Source: Phycisphaerae bacterium (GTDB lineage Bacteria > Planctomycetota > Phycisphaerae > UBA1845 > Fen-1342). From it: DNA of 64,000 bases. Every line of letters starts with the position of its first letter. The stretch's first letter is position 1. Where the stretch lies: NCBI GenBank assembly GCA_963675745.2, contig CAXXWX010000026.1, positions 608,001-672,000 on the forward strand, in the 5' to 3' direction. This document shows, one piece after another, positions 1 through 9,127 of this stretch. The position numbers and the translations under genes were made by a program. The notes beneath the pieces were generated by a model. The model saw nothing but the letters and a program-made list of their open reading frames with translations, was not told the DNA's origin and searched no databases.

Positions 1-5
1 CGTCC

Positions 6-1154
6 ATGGTGAACACGGTCACCGACCCGTATTCACTTGATGGTGTTCTATTCGCATTCGCGGGCTCGAACTTCGTTCTCGGCGCGGGCCGCGACCTCCC
101 GACCGGCGCAGACACGATACATCCCGCCCGGACGCTCGTCGGCGTCGGTGACCGGGATACTCCCGGGGACAACGGGCTGCTGTACTTCATTACGATTGAC
201 GCCGGTCTTTCCGGCGTGAGCGACGGGGCCACGAGGCGGGAATCGGCGGAGTGGCTCTTTCGGATTGGGGCGCATACCGGCATCAATCTCGATGGCGGAG
301 GTTCGACGACGATGGTTTGGCAAACGCCCACCGGGGCAATCGAGCGTCTGAACATGCTGGGTGGAGGTACGCAGCGCTCCAACGGCAACAACTTCGGTGT
401 GTTCGCAGCGCCCGCCGAAGGTGAGCCCCAGCCGCACTTCATGCCGCTTTGGTTCGCGGGGTTGCCAGACGATTCGGTGGCCGACTTCTCGCCCGAGAAC
501 GGAGCGTCCAACCCGCCGCCAGGCAGTCCGGATGCCCTCGACGACGACTACTACTTCGCGGGCGTATATCCGGACCCGATTGGCGTCGTGCCGGAGGACG
601 AGCCGCTTGCCAACGTGGAACGGGCCGTGATCTACTTCGACCCGCCAAACGACGAAACGCTTCGTTTCCACTTCAATCTGTCGGCGGATGAAGCGCGGGG
701 CACGTCGCAGTTCCGCTACTCGACCGGCATATTCCAACAAGATGGGGCAGGCACGCGCAGCGTGCAAATCGAGGTGCTGTGCAACGACGTGGCGGCCGAT
801 GTCGTCTCATTGACGGAAGGCGAGCTATACACGTCACCGCCGTTCGACGCTGATGTGGTTGGAGTGGTGGAGGGCGCGAATGTCTTGACCGTCCGACAGG
901 TTGGCGGGGACGCGCAGTGGACGAATTTCGATTTCCATCGACTTGAAGTCAAGGTGGCTCTGCCGTTACCAGGGGATTGGGATGACGACGGTGACTTGGA
1001 CATTGCCGACGCCATCGCTCTGCTCGATTGCCTGACTGGTCCGGGGGAAACGCCCACCGATCCGAATTGCCTGACGGTCTTCGACTTTGAACCCGACGAC
1101 GATGTGGACCTGCGGGACCTCTTTGAGTCTCAGCCGGATTTCGCCACGCCGTGA
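6..1154 (+). CDS. Phosphodiester glycosidase (NAGPA-like) domain protein with a beta-sandwich domain and C-terminal dockerin-like domain; probably 5'-truncated by the window edge
   Basis: NLDGGGSTTM motif of the phosphodiester glycosidase family; C-terminal GDWDDDGDLDIAD...FDFEPDDDVDLRD duplicated Ca-binding loops. Confidence 0.7.
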   Translation: MVNTVTDPYSLDGVLFAFAGSNFVLGAGRDLPTGADTIHPARTLVGVGDRDTPGDNGLLYFITIDAGLSGVSDGATRRESAEWLFRIGAHTGINLDGGGSTTMVWQTPTGAIERLNMLGGGTQRSNGNNFGVFAAPAEGEPQPHFMPLWFAGLPDDSVADFSPENGASNPPPGSPDALDDDYYFAGVYPDPIGVVPEDEPLANVERAVIYFDPPNDETLRFHFNLSADEARGTSQFRYSTGIFQQDGAGTRSVQIEVLCNDVAADVVSLTEGELYTSPPFDADVVGVVEGANVLTVRQVGGDAQWTNFDFHRLEVKVALPLPGDWDDDGDLDIADAIALLDCLTGPGETPTDPNCLTVFDFEPDDDVDLRDLFESQPDFATP

Positions 1155-1222
1155 ATCCGACGGCGGCCGCGCTCGCGAATCTCGCGGTTCGGACGCAACG
1201 AAACGGGCCTTGCGGGATAGGC

Positions 1223-1269
1223 GCAGAACAAGACCCTGCCATGAGCCCTGGCAGGGTCGCCGCTTCTGC
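1223..1269. terminator. Stem-loop between convergent genes, possible terminator
   Basis: GACCCTGCCA-7nt-TGGCAGGGTC (1232-1258) with outer GCAGAA/TTCTGC pairing. Confidence 0.4.
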
Positions 1270-1529
1270 ACTCCCCGTTCAAAATGGTTTCAAACGCTGG
1301 GAAACCTGCGAGGGTGGTTGGACGGTGCGAACTCGCTTAACAGCCCTCGAAGGCGGTCGGAGCCTCGGATTGCAGCATGGCCGGAGGGAACGCCAAAAGG
1401 TAGCTCACCTGTTATTACCGCACTTGCGTTCGTCGCAATCCGGCGTCTCGTCGTCACGTGGCGCTGGCGCCAGCCCGCATCACTATCAGCTGACATTTCG
1501 ATCATGGCGCACGAGATCACCGAAGAAGG

Positions 1530-2897
1530 CTAGTCGCTTCGCAGCTCATAGGCGATTCTGGAAGCTTCGGCCCACGACACCGGCGTTCCCTCGTGCAACC
1601 CGCGGCTATCATATCTGACCGCCAGCATCACGTCCGTGTCATCAATCCGGATCGCCAGCGGGCGGTAACCCGACAGAAGTTCCACGGGCGCGATCCCGGG
1701 AATCTCCGTGACCAGATCAGGGCCGTGCACCGACAGCGTGTAACTGGGATCAAACTTATTGTGACCCGGCTCCGAGACCTCCGGGCGCACGGGCAGTCGA
1801 GCGATGTACGGGTCGCACTTGCCCAGCAGGTCAAAACACTGCCGCTGCGAGAAGTAAGAAAACGCTCCTGCCCACATCACGGCCGCGGTCGCATCGGAGC
1901 GCGCGATTCGATCCGCCGCGATGACATGCAGCATCGAACTGCGGTTGCCACGTGTGCCGTCCGGCGCGCGCAGCAACAGCCACTCCGGTAAGCGCACCTG
2001 ATTTATGGCGATGGCTGTCACAATGCACAGGCCATAACGCGCAAATGCTCGCCTCCTGGGCAGACTCAGGATCCGGCTGATCCGGCAGATCCCGTCGCCG
2101 GCCAACACCATCAATCCCAGCGTGGTGGGCAACTCGAAGCGATAACCGTTGACCCATGCATCGCCGCCGATCCATACATTGTACGCATAACTGACCAGGA
2201 ACGTCCCGGCCAAGAGCACGCGCCACGATCGTAAACGCAGGAACGATGCGGCAGCCAGCATCACCGGTGGCCACAACGCCACCATGGTCCACAGACCCGC
2301 GCGAATACCGACCGGAAGCCGGTCGGAAAGCGGCCAGCCCGTCGCCTTCAGGTAATACGTATTCGGCAGCCATTCGCCGTAGTAGCCGTGCCGCCAAAGC
2401 ACGTGCACCCCGATCGCCATCAGCGCCAGAGCGAGACCCGCCACGGTCAGCCGGCACGCCCGGGCCAGCAGCACGGTCGCCACCAGGCAACCCCACAGAA
2501 TCGGGTCGCCAAGTACTTGCACCAGAAGAACGGTATGGTGTGGCGACCACCTCAACAGGTGACACGCGCCCATCACGACAGTCCAGCCGAAGTTACTGTA
2601 GCCCTCGATGCGCTCGCCGGGATTCCACACCAGGCCATCGCCCTCCGCCCAGTTGGCGGCATAACGCATGGAGACCATCGCGTCATCGAACAGGCAAAAG
2701 TATCGCTGGCCTTCGATGACGAAACTCGAATGGTAAATGAAGACGCCGGCGTAGCACGCCTGGATTACCGCCGCCAGCAGGGCGAACCGCCAGACACAGG
2801 AATATTGGCTGGCGCCAACGCCCGGGGCATGTCGCACATTTCGAGGTGACATGTCCACGCATACGCTCCATTTCTGCGTGGTCAACGACCTCAGCAT
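1530..2897 (-). CDS. Polytopic membrane glycosyltransferase (GT-C, AftB/arabinofuranosyltransferase-like); start uncertain; possibly internally deleted
   Basis: FDDAMVSMRYA, GERIEGYSN, YYGEWLPNTYYLK, GGDAW, DLLGKCD, PGHNK motifs; many TM segments. Confidence 0.65.
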   Translation of the reverse strand: MLRSLTTQKWSVCVDMSPRNVRHAPGVGASQYSCVWRFALLAAVIQACYAGVFIYHSSFVIEGQRYFCLFDDAMVSMRYAANWAEGDGLVWNPGERIEGYSNFGWTVVMGACHLLRWSPHHTVLLVQVLGDPILWGCLVATVLLARACRLTVAGLALALMAIGVHVLWRHGYYGEWLPNTYYLKATGWPLSDRLPVGIRAGLWTMVALWPPVMLAAASFLRLRSWRVLLAGTFLVSYAYNVWIGGDAWVNGYRFELPTTLGLMVLAGDGICRISRILSLPRRRAFARYGLCIVTAIAINQVRLPEWLLLRAPDGTRGNRSSMLHVIAADRIARSDATAAVMWAGAFSYFSQRQCFDLLGKCDPYIARLPVRPEVSEPGHNKFDPSYTLSVHGPDLVTEIPGIAPVELLSGYRPLAIRIDDTDVMLAVRYDSRGLHEGTPVSWAEASRIAYELRSD

Positions 2898-3191
2898 AGC
2901 GAATCCCCGGCTGCAACGGAAAGGTTACAGTCCAGGGCGACGGGGTATCTGCACGCAAACTGGATGGTGCGGGCGGCCAGCGGGCAGGCCTTTGGCGCGT
3001 TCGTCGAACTCAACGAGCGCCCGGCCGCTGGCCTTATGGTGTCTCAGCTTTGGTGTGCGGGATGTTCTCTGGGGCATCGGAACGGCCTCCTGAGTCTGGG
3101 GCGCGGGTAGTACTATCCGCCTTCAACCTCGGTTATAACCGCTCCGCCGCTTGCGGCGGATACCATCCAGACGGACCTGCTGGGATTGGCG

Positions 3192-5078
3192 ATCGGGTAG
3201 CCGGGGAGGTTGCCCTGCCCCGGCTCCCACACCACCGTACGTACGGTTCCGTATACGGCGGTTCACGAGCAACCCGCGAGTCGCCGATGCTCGTCCATCA
3301 GGCTGATCAGCCCGAGTCCGCGCAGTTCGGAGGTCGGGACGGCGTGGTTCATGTGACGGGCCCCGGCGTTCCACCAGGGACCACGCCCATTCCACGCCGA
3401 CTGCCGGGCCCGCTCATGATCCAGGCCCCGCCGGCACAGCTCCCTGAACTGGGTCCGGTGTCGCTTCCACTGTCGCCACAGGATGCAGCGCAGTTTTCGT
3501 CGTAACCACTGGTCCAGTTGCTCGAAGCTCGCCTTGACCTCCGCGAGCTTGTAGTACGCCACCCAGCCCCGCAGTACGCGGGTCAGGGATTCGGCGACGC
3601 GGGCGAGGTTGCAACCCCGTCCGCGACGCAGCATGGGGCGGAGCTTGGCCTTCAATCGGTGCACCGATTGCGGGGCCACCTTCAGCTTCGGCTGCCGGTG
3701 CATGGTCACGGTGTAGCCCAGGAACTTGCGGGTCCAGGGCCGATCCACCGCGCTCTTCTCACGGTTCACGTGGAGACGCAGTCGCTCCGTCACGAACCGC
3801 TCCACCGAATCGAGCACCCGTTCGCCCGCACGCCTGGACCGCACGTAGATGTTGCAGTCGTCAGCATAGCGAACGAATCGATGGCCGCGCCGTTCCAGCT
3901 CCTTGTCCAGCTCATCGAGCAGGACGTTGCTCAACAGCGGCGATAGCGGCCCACCCTGCGGTGTGCCCTCGGCCCGGGGCGAGACCAGCCCGCCCTCCAT
4001 CATCCCCGCCTGTAGATAGCGGCGGAGGAGGAGTAACACCTTCTTGTCCTTGACCCGGCGCGCCACGCGTGACATGAGCACGTCGTGGTTCACCCGGTCG
4101 AAGAACTTCTCCAGATCCATGTCCACCGTCCAGCGATAACCGGCCGCGATATGCTCGCGGGCACGTTGCACCGCTTGGTGCGTGCTTCGTTCCGGACGGA
4201 AGCCGAAGCTCGCATCCGAGAACGTCGGGTCGAAGATCGGCTGGAGGACCTGGAGTAAGGCTTGCTGGATCAGACGATCCAGCACGGTCGGGATGCCCAG
4301 CGTTCGCATCCCCTTCCCGCCCGGCTTGGGGATTTCCACCTTCCGGACCGGCTGGGGTTGATACGTGCCGTTGAGCAGCGCCTCCCGGATGCGGGACCAG
4401 TGTTCCCGGCAGTACGGCATCAGGTCGTCGACGGCCATGCCATCCACGCCTGCCGCCCCTTTGTTGCGCACTACCCGTTCGTGTGCGCGGATCAGGTTCT
4501 CACGTGACACGACCTGATCGATGAGCATCGGAGCCTCGGCCCCGGTCTGTCCGTGCTGTGCCGTGCGCGCTTGACGCGCGGTTCCGGTACCCTCGGCGAT
4601 GCCGTCGCCTACTCTTCCGGTCCGCTCGGGCTTCCCAGCCCTCTGGCCTGCGTCTCCTTCACGCATCGAACCTCACGACTCCGGTTCGGCTCCTCGTGTT
4701 CGGCCCTTCGCCGCCGTGTCCTGCGGCTACTATGGCCTCGGCTGACTTCTGCCCGTCCCTCACCACGCCTCGCAGCGCTGGTTAGCCTCAACGGCAGACG
4801 GGCAGACCTCCCAGGGTAAGGCGTTTGCCTTTCGCTCCATACACCCGCCGCATCTACGCCGGTTCGGTTCCGGATGGCATTGGGCTTTGCGTCTTTTGGC
4901 CCGCTCGCCCACCGACCGACGCCTCGTATGCGGTTCGTGTTCCTCAGGCCAGAGCTTTGCGTACAGCTTCCTTCAGACCCCGCCTCGCGGCGACGCCCTT
5001 GCTGTTCGGCTAGGGGTTCCTGCCATCAAGGCCCCCAGAGGACTTACACCTCCTAGTCAAACGCCATGCCTAGCACAC
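3192..5078 (-). mobile_element. Group II intron, bacterial class C (IIC), ~1887 nt
   Basis: 5' end GTGTG at 5078 directly after a terminator stem-loop; short domain V GAACCGCCGTATACGGAACCGTACGTACGGTGGTGTG and domain VI ending ...CTACCCGAT at 3192; internal RT ORF lacking an endonuclease domain. Confidence 0.93.
3263..4528 (-). CDS. ltrA: Group II intron reverse transcriptase/maturase (ATG at 4528 preferred; ORF open to 4666)
   Basis: NKGAAGVDG, RTLGIPTVLDR, GTPQGGPLSPLLSN, RYADD and maturase X domain; no HNH domain. Confidence 0.95.
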   Translation of the reverse strand: MLIDQVVSRENLIRAHERVVRNKGAAGVDGMAVDDLMPYCREHWSRIREALLNGTYQPQPVRKVEIPKPGGKGMRTLGIPTVLDRLIQQALLQVLQPIFDPTFSDASFGFRPERSTHQAVQRAREHIAAGYRWTVDMDLEKFFDRVNHDVLMSRVARRVKDKKVLLLLRRYLQAGMMEGGLVSPRAEGTPQGGPLSPLLSNVLLDELDKELERRGHRFVRYADDCNIYVRSRRAGERVLDSVERFVTERLRLHVNREKSAVDRPWTRKFLGYTVTMHRQPKLKVAPQSVHRLKAKLRPMLRRGRGCNLARVAESLTRVLRGWVAYYKLAEVKASFEQLDQWLRRKLRCILWRQWKRHRTQFRELCRRGLDHERARQSAWNGRGPWWNAGARHMNHAVPTSELRGLGLISLMDEHRRLAGCS

Positions 5079-5080
5079 CA

Positions 5081-5116
5081 AAAGCAAACCCCGCCAGGAG
5101 TTCCGGCGGGGTTGCT
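5081..5116 (-). terminator. Intrinsic terminator downstream of tRNA-Asn; target structure of the IIC intron
   Basis: Minus strand AGCAACCCCGCCGG-AACT-CCTGGCGGGGTTTGCTTTT. Confidence 0.8.
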
Positions 5117-5186
5117 GAATCTGTCACTCCCCGACCCCGAAGCGCACTCGATTGCGTCACCTGAGGACGGGTTGTTGAATCGTCAA

Positions 5187-5258
5187 CTCCCCGAGTAGGA
5201 CTCGAACCTACAACCTAGCGGTTAACAGCCGCTCGCTCTACCATTGAGCTATCGGGGA
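5187..5258 (-). tRNA. tRNA-Asn(GTT), CCA not encoded
   Basis: TCCCCGATAGCTCAATGGTAGAGCGAGCGGCTGTTAACCGCTAGGTTGTAGGTTCGAGTCCTACTCGGGGAG folds as a cloverleaf with anticodon GTT. Confidence 0.96.
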
Positions 5259-5368
5259 TTCGGTTGTCTGATGCCGCCCGCGACGATTGGTGTGCTGTCG
5301 CGAGTAGCCACGTAGTTTACGCCAGCCCGCCGGCGAGATCAAGCTCAGCTTTGGCCACGATCAGCGAC

Positions 5369-5433
5369 TCAGTGCCCGGCGCCAAGTGCCTCAGTGCCCG
5401 GTGCTCAGTGCCTCCGGTGCCCGGTGCCGTGCC
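5369..5433. repeat. Degenerate short tandem repeat (CAGTGCC/CGGTGCC-like units)
   Basis: tcagtgcccggcgccaagtgcctcagtgcccggtgctcagtgcctccggtgcccggtgccgtgcc. Confidence 0.55.
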
Positions 5434-5467
5434 ATGGGCTGTCGCGGCGTACGGCCGCCGAGGCACG

Positions 5468-7327
5468 CTACGGCACGCGAAAATCCAGATCACGCAACGC
5501 CCCACCCTGGGTCTCGATCGACACGATACGCGTCCCCGACGGCACCTGGAACAGCAGTCCCACTACCGCGTCCGCACTCGAACTCGTCAACTCCGGCCCG
5601 CGAATCTCCTTCCAATCGAGAGCGCCACGAAACGCCGTGTATTCCGGCGTGCCCGGCAGCCCGGAGTAATAGAGCTCGATGAACTCCTCGCCGGAACGCT
5701 TCACGATCCCGTAATAGCCGATCAGCCGATATCGCTGGCTGTTATTCTCGGCCACGGCCTCATAGCTGTTCAAGGTGCGGCCGGCGAAGTTGAATACCTG
5801 GCCGAGCGTTGATCGCGCCTGATAGGGCTTGAAACGGATTTGCAGCAGCTTGAGATCGTCCGGGACTTCGAAGGAATCGATGGAAGCGGTGCCGGCGGCG
5901 GCCCGCAGGTCGGACACGCGGCCGCTGATGCGCCCATAGGCCAGGCTGCGTCCACTTGTGTCAAAGTCGCCGCGCGCGGCCGCCTGCGCCACGTGAAACG
6001 GCAGCTCGTCCGAGACGCCGGTGCCTTCCTCCTGCGCATGGTCCATGAACGAAGACGCGCCCTGCCTGTGCCCGCGGGTGAAATCGGGGCGTGGGCCACC
6101 GCCGCCGGGCGGGCGCGGTCGCGCCGGAGCGGCGGTATCTTCGGTGGCGTCCGCGGCGATCTCGGCGGGCGTCTCGGCCTTCTTGGAGGCGGTCAATTCG
6201 GCCCGTGCATGACGACGATACTCAATGAACCACGGCTTGAAGCCGTTGGGCACCTCAAAATACACGGTCAGCTTGCTGTTTGAGCTTTTCAAAAAGCTGT
6301 TATCAAGGTCCACGGCGCGGAGCGGGCTCGTGAGGTTTTCGCTCTCGATCTGGCCAAGTATGCGTGGTGTGTAGTGGGCCGGATCGCCGTTGGCCTTGGT
6401 GCCGACCAGCCGGATCATCGATGGGCGGAAACGGTGGTCCGCGGCGCGTTCTTCCATCCGATCAGCCGACTTGTTGTTCAAGCCCAACTCGGCCCCAAGC
6501 CAGTTCATGCCCGCGGATGGCGGAAACGCCTTTTCCGGGTCATAGCCCAGCCGCGCGTGTGTCTCAAAGGTCGGCACCGTCGTTCGATACTGCGCACGCA
6601 GCGGACCGCTGACCTCCCACCAGCTCTCAATAACCAGCCCGCTTTCGAAACCATCACCGCTCTCATCTCGGTAAGGTGATGTTGTTGACTCGGGCTGCAC
6701 CGTGTTTCCCGACCAGGAGACCCACTCCGTGAAATCAGGGTAAACACTGGCAAATGTGCGGTCCGGATGCGCCTCATCGGCGACATTGCCGCCTTTCAAA
6801 CTGCCGGCGCTGAGAATCTTGAACAACCCTGCGGCGAAGTCGTCCGGCCTCAGGAAGAAACCCACGTTGTTGCGGTGGAACTGGACGAATCCCTCGCGAT
6901 CCACTTTGCCACGGCTATCGCGCTCAAAGCGTGAGAACATCATGACGCTGCCGCCAAACGGCAGCATCTGAAAGCCGATCATCAGCACGCCGACGGCGAT
7001 CTGCGCGTTGATGAAGCCCAGCAGGCCCCCGCCGACCCAATCCGCATACATTGGCAGGCGCACGTTCCCGCGGATAAACGTGTCGGCCGCGTAACGCATC
7101 ACACCCAGCGAAACGACAAAGAGCCCGACAAAACAACACGGCTCCGAGTACGCCGGGTGGATCCCCTGGCCGGTCACAAAGTCGTTAAGTACCGCGAAGA
7201 AGCCAAACGTGACCGCCACAGCCATGATGCTGCAGAACGTGTTGATGATAGCGCTGAACAAGCCGAACATCGACTGGTAGAACGTAATCGCCAGTACGAG
7301 GCACAGCGCTAGAATGCTCAAGACCAT
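5468..7327 (-). CDS. CvpA-family membrane protein with a large soluble C-terminal extension
   Basis: N-terminal 4-TM region with G-LFSAII and D-x-GGGLLGF pattern of the CvpA family; ~480 aa soluble tail of unknown function. Confidence 0.6.
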   Translation of the reverse strand: MVLSILALCLVLAITFYQSMFGLFSAIINTFCSIMAVAVTFGFFAVLNDFVTGQGIHPAYSEPCCFVGLFVVSLGVMRYAADTFIRGNVRLPMYADWVGGGLLGFINAQIAVGVLMIGFQMLPFGGSVMMFSRFERDSRGKVDREGFVQFHRNNVGFFLRPDDFAAGLFKILSAGSLKGGNVADEAHPDRTFASVYPDFTEWVSWSGNTVQPESTTSPYRDESGDGFESGLVIESWWEVSGPLRAQYRTTVPTFETHARLGYDPEKAFPPSAGMNWLGAELGLNNKSADRMEERAADHRFRPSMIRLVGTKANGDPAHYTPRILGQIESENLTSPLRAVDLDNSFLKSSNSKLTVYFEVPNGFKPWFIEYRRHARAELTASKKAETPAEIAADATEDTAAPARPRPPGGGGPRPDFTRGHRQGASSFMDHAQEEGTGVSDELPFHVAQAAARGDFDTSGRSLAYGRISGRVSDLRAAAGTASIDSFEVPDDLKLLQIRFKPYQARSTLGQVFNFAGRTLNSYEAVAENNSQRYRLIGYYGIVKRSGEEFIELYYSGLPGTPEYTAFRGALDWKEIRGPELTSSSADAVVGLLFQVPSGTRIVSIETQGGALRDLDFRVP

Positions 7328-7354
7328 GATTACTACCTCGCGACACGCGACGGA

Positions 7355-9088
7355 TCAGGGGCCGGCGGGTGATTGCTTTGGCTTCGGCTTCGGCTTCGGC
7401 GTTGGCTTTGGCCTGTCCTTGGCGCCGGACTTATCGCCGCTGGTGCCACTCTTCTGCCCCCCACGCAATACACGTGTGACTTCCTGAATACTGGTGGTCC
7501 CGTCCCGCACCTTCTGCATCGCGTGCTTTTGGAAACCCAGCCCGCCGCGCTTGACGGCATACGCCTGGATCTCGCTGATGGACTGGGCCTTGCCGATCAC
7601 CTTGCGCAACTCATCATCGACGATCAGCACATCGAATACGGCGGTCCGCCCCACATAGCCGGTACCCTGGCAATGCTGGCATATAAGCGGATTGCCCTTC
7701 TTGTCGTACTCCGGCTCCGGCTCTCGATAAAAGACGGCGTCGGCCGGCAGGTTGAGCTTCTTCAGCACGGCCGGGTCAGGTTTGTAGGGCTGCTTGCACG
7801 AGGGACACAGCTTGCGGATCAAGCGCTGATTGGTGATGGCCAGCAGGCACTTGGCCACCTTGTCGTTCTTGCCGACCTGCTCCATCCACTTGCGCAGCGC
7901 GCTGAATACGTCGCTGGCATTGATCGCGCAATAGACGAGCTGCTTCTGCACGGCACCCTCGGTGGCGATAACCGAGGCGGCCTGCTCACGCATCTCCGGG
8001 AGGATCACGATGTCCGGGTCGGTGCGGAACAGCTTCTGCAAATCGCCGGCGAAGGTCTTGTCGCCCACGGCCTTGTGCAGCGTCTGCGTCACGTTGTCGA
8101 TCATCAACTCGTGCTGATACTCGAGAAGCTGAATATTACAGAGGAAGGCGTCGTGACTACGCGTGAAGCTGTATACGGTGGTGGTGAGCCCCGCGCCGGG
8201 GGGCGCGCTCAGCAGCACCAGGCCCCGCGTCGACTCCATCATGGTCCGGATCTGCTCGAGCTGCGCCTTCGTGAAGCCGATGTCCTTGACCTTGTAGCGC
8301 GTCTCTTCGCCGATCACACGAAGCGTGAGCTTCTCACCCGCTACCGATCCGTCGGTGCGCACCTCGATGTCCAGCTTGTTGTCGCCGATTTCGGCCGCAA
8401 TCTTCCCGAACTGCGGCTTGCGCAACTCTTCGAGGTTTAGTCCGGCGATCGTCTTCAGGTAGTGAACGACAGCGTCGGCCTCGGGGCGCGGGAAGCCCTC
8501 GCGGTCGCTTCTGATGCCATCGACCTGATACGTGACCTTCGAAATCTCCTTGCCGGGCGCCACTTCAATCCGTTCGGCGCGATTCCAGAGAGCCGCCCAG
8601 AGCAGATCCTGTGTCAACCGGTAGCGTTCGCGCTCTTCTTCTTCGCCTGGAATCTCGCAGCGCTTACCGTCAGCCCCGCGCAGCCGTACACGCTCCTTGA
8701 CCTCCTTGGGCTTCTTCTTGCCGCGTAAGCCCTGGGTGAGCACGCGTTTGATGTGAGCCGGCGTGAGGATCTTGTCTTCGTTGTGTACCAGACCGTTGCG
8801 GTGCACGACGTAGAAGGCAGCCAGCGTGATCAGCGCAACCGCGAAAATCGAGAACCCGGCCGCGAACACCGGCACGAACAGCATTACCACGGTCAGCGCC
8901 ACACCTGTGGCGGTGACGATGATGTTCCAGAAGACACGATAGGTGTTTACAGCGATCGTGTCCTTATCCACCCATTGGGCCAACAGCGCCCAGCATGCGA
9001 AGCCCACAATCACGGCGACGAGCTTCCACGGGCTGATGAACACGTAGCCGTTGAGGGCCAGAAGGTCCATATACGCCGCGAGTATCAT
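7355..9088 (-). CDS. PilB/GspE-like secretion ATPase homologue with N-terminal TM helices and degenerate catalytic motifs
   Basis: RKPQFG, Walker A GAGLTTT, RTDPDIVILPEMRE, QRLIRKLCPSC...CQHCQGTGYVGRT, GTTSIQEV. Confidence 0.85.
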   Translation of the reverse strand: MILAAYMDLLALNGYVFISPWKLVAVIVGFACWALLAQWVDKDTIAVNTYRVFWNIIVTATGVALTVVMLFVPVFAAGFSIFAVALITLAAFYVVHRNGLVHNEDKILTPAHIKRVLTQGLRGKKKPKEVKERVRLRGADGKRCEIPGEEEERERYRLTQDLLWAALWNRAERIEVAPGKEISKVTYQVDGIRSDREGFPRPEADAVVHYLKTIAGLNLEELRKPQFGKIAAEIGDNKLDIEVRTDGSVAGEKLTLRVIGEETRYKVKDIGFTKAQLEQIRTMMESTRGLVLLSAPPGAGLTTTVYSFTRSHDAFLCNIQLLEYQHELMIDNVTQTLHKAVGDKTFAGDLQKLFRTDPDIVILPEMREQAASVIATEGAVQKQLVYCAINASDVFSALRKWMEQVGKNDKVAKCLLAITNQRLIRKLCPSCKQPYKPDPAVLKKLNLPADAVFYREPEPEYDKKGNPLICQHCQGTGYVGRTAVFDVLIVDDELRKVIGKAQSISEIQAYAVKRGGLGFQKHAMQKVRDGTTSIQEVTRVLRGGQKSGTSGDKSGAKDRPKPTPKPKPKPKQSPAGP

Positions 9089-9127
9089 GGCACCTCCGCG
9101 TGAATCGTGCCTGTGCGGGCCATCGAG

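Noticed and set aside
1155..1529. Possible riboswitch or ncRNA between convergent genes
   Set aside because: Only one hairpin is evident, I could not match a known riboswitch consensus, and the position is 3' of both genes.
3263..4666. RT as retron, DGR or CRISPR-associated RT
   Set aside because: It has a maturase X domain and lies inside recognisable group II intron RNA ends; no template repeat/variable repeat pair, msr-msd or cas genes were seen.
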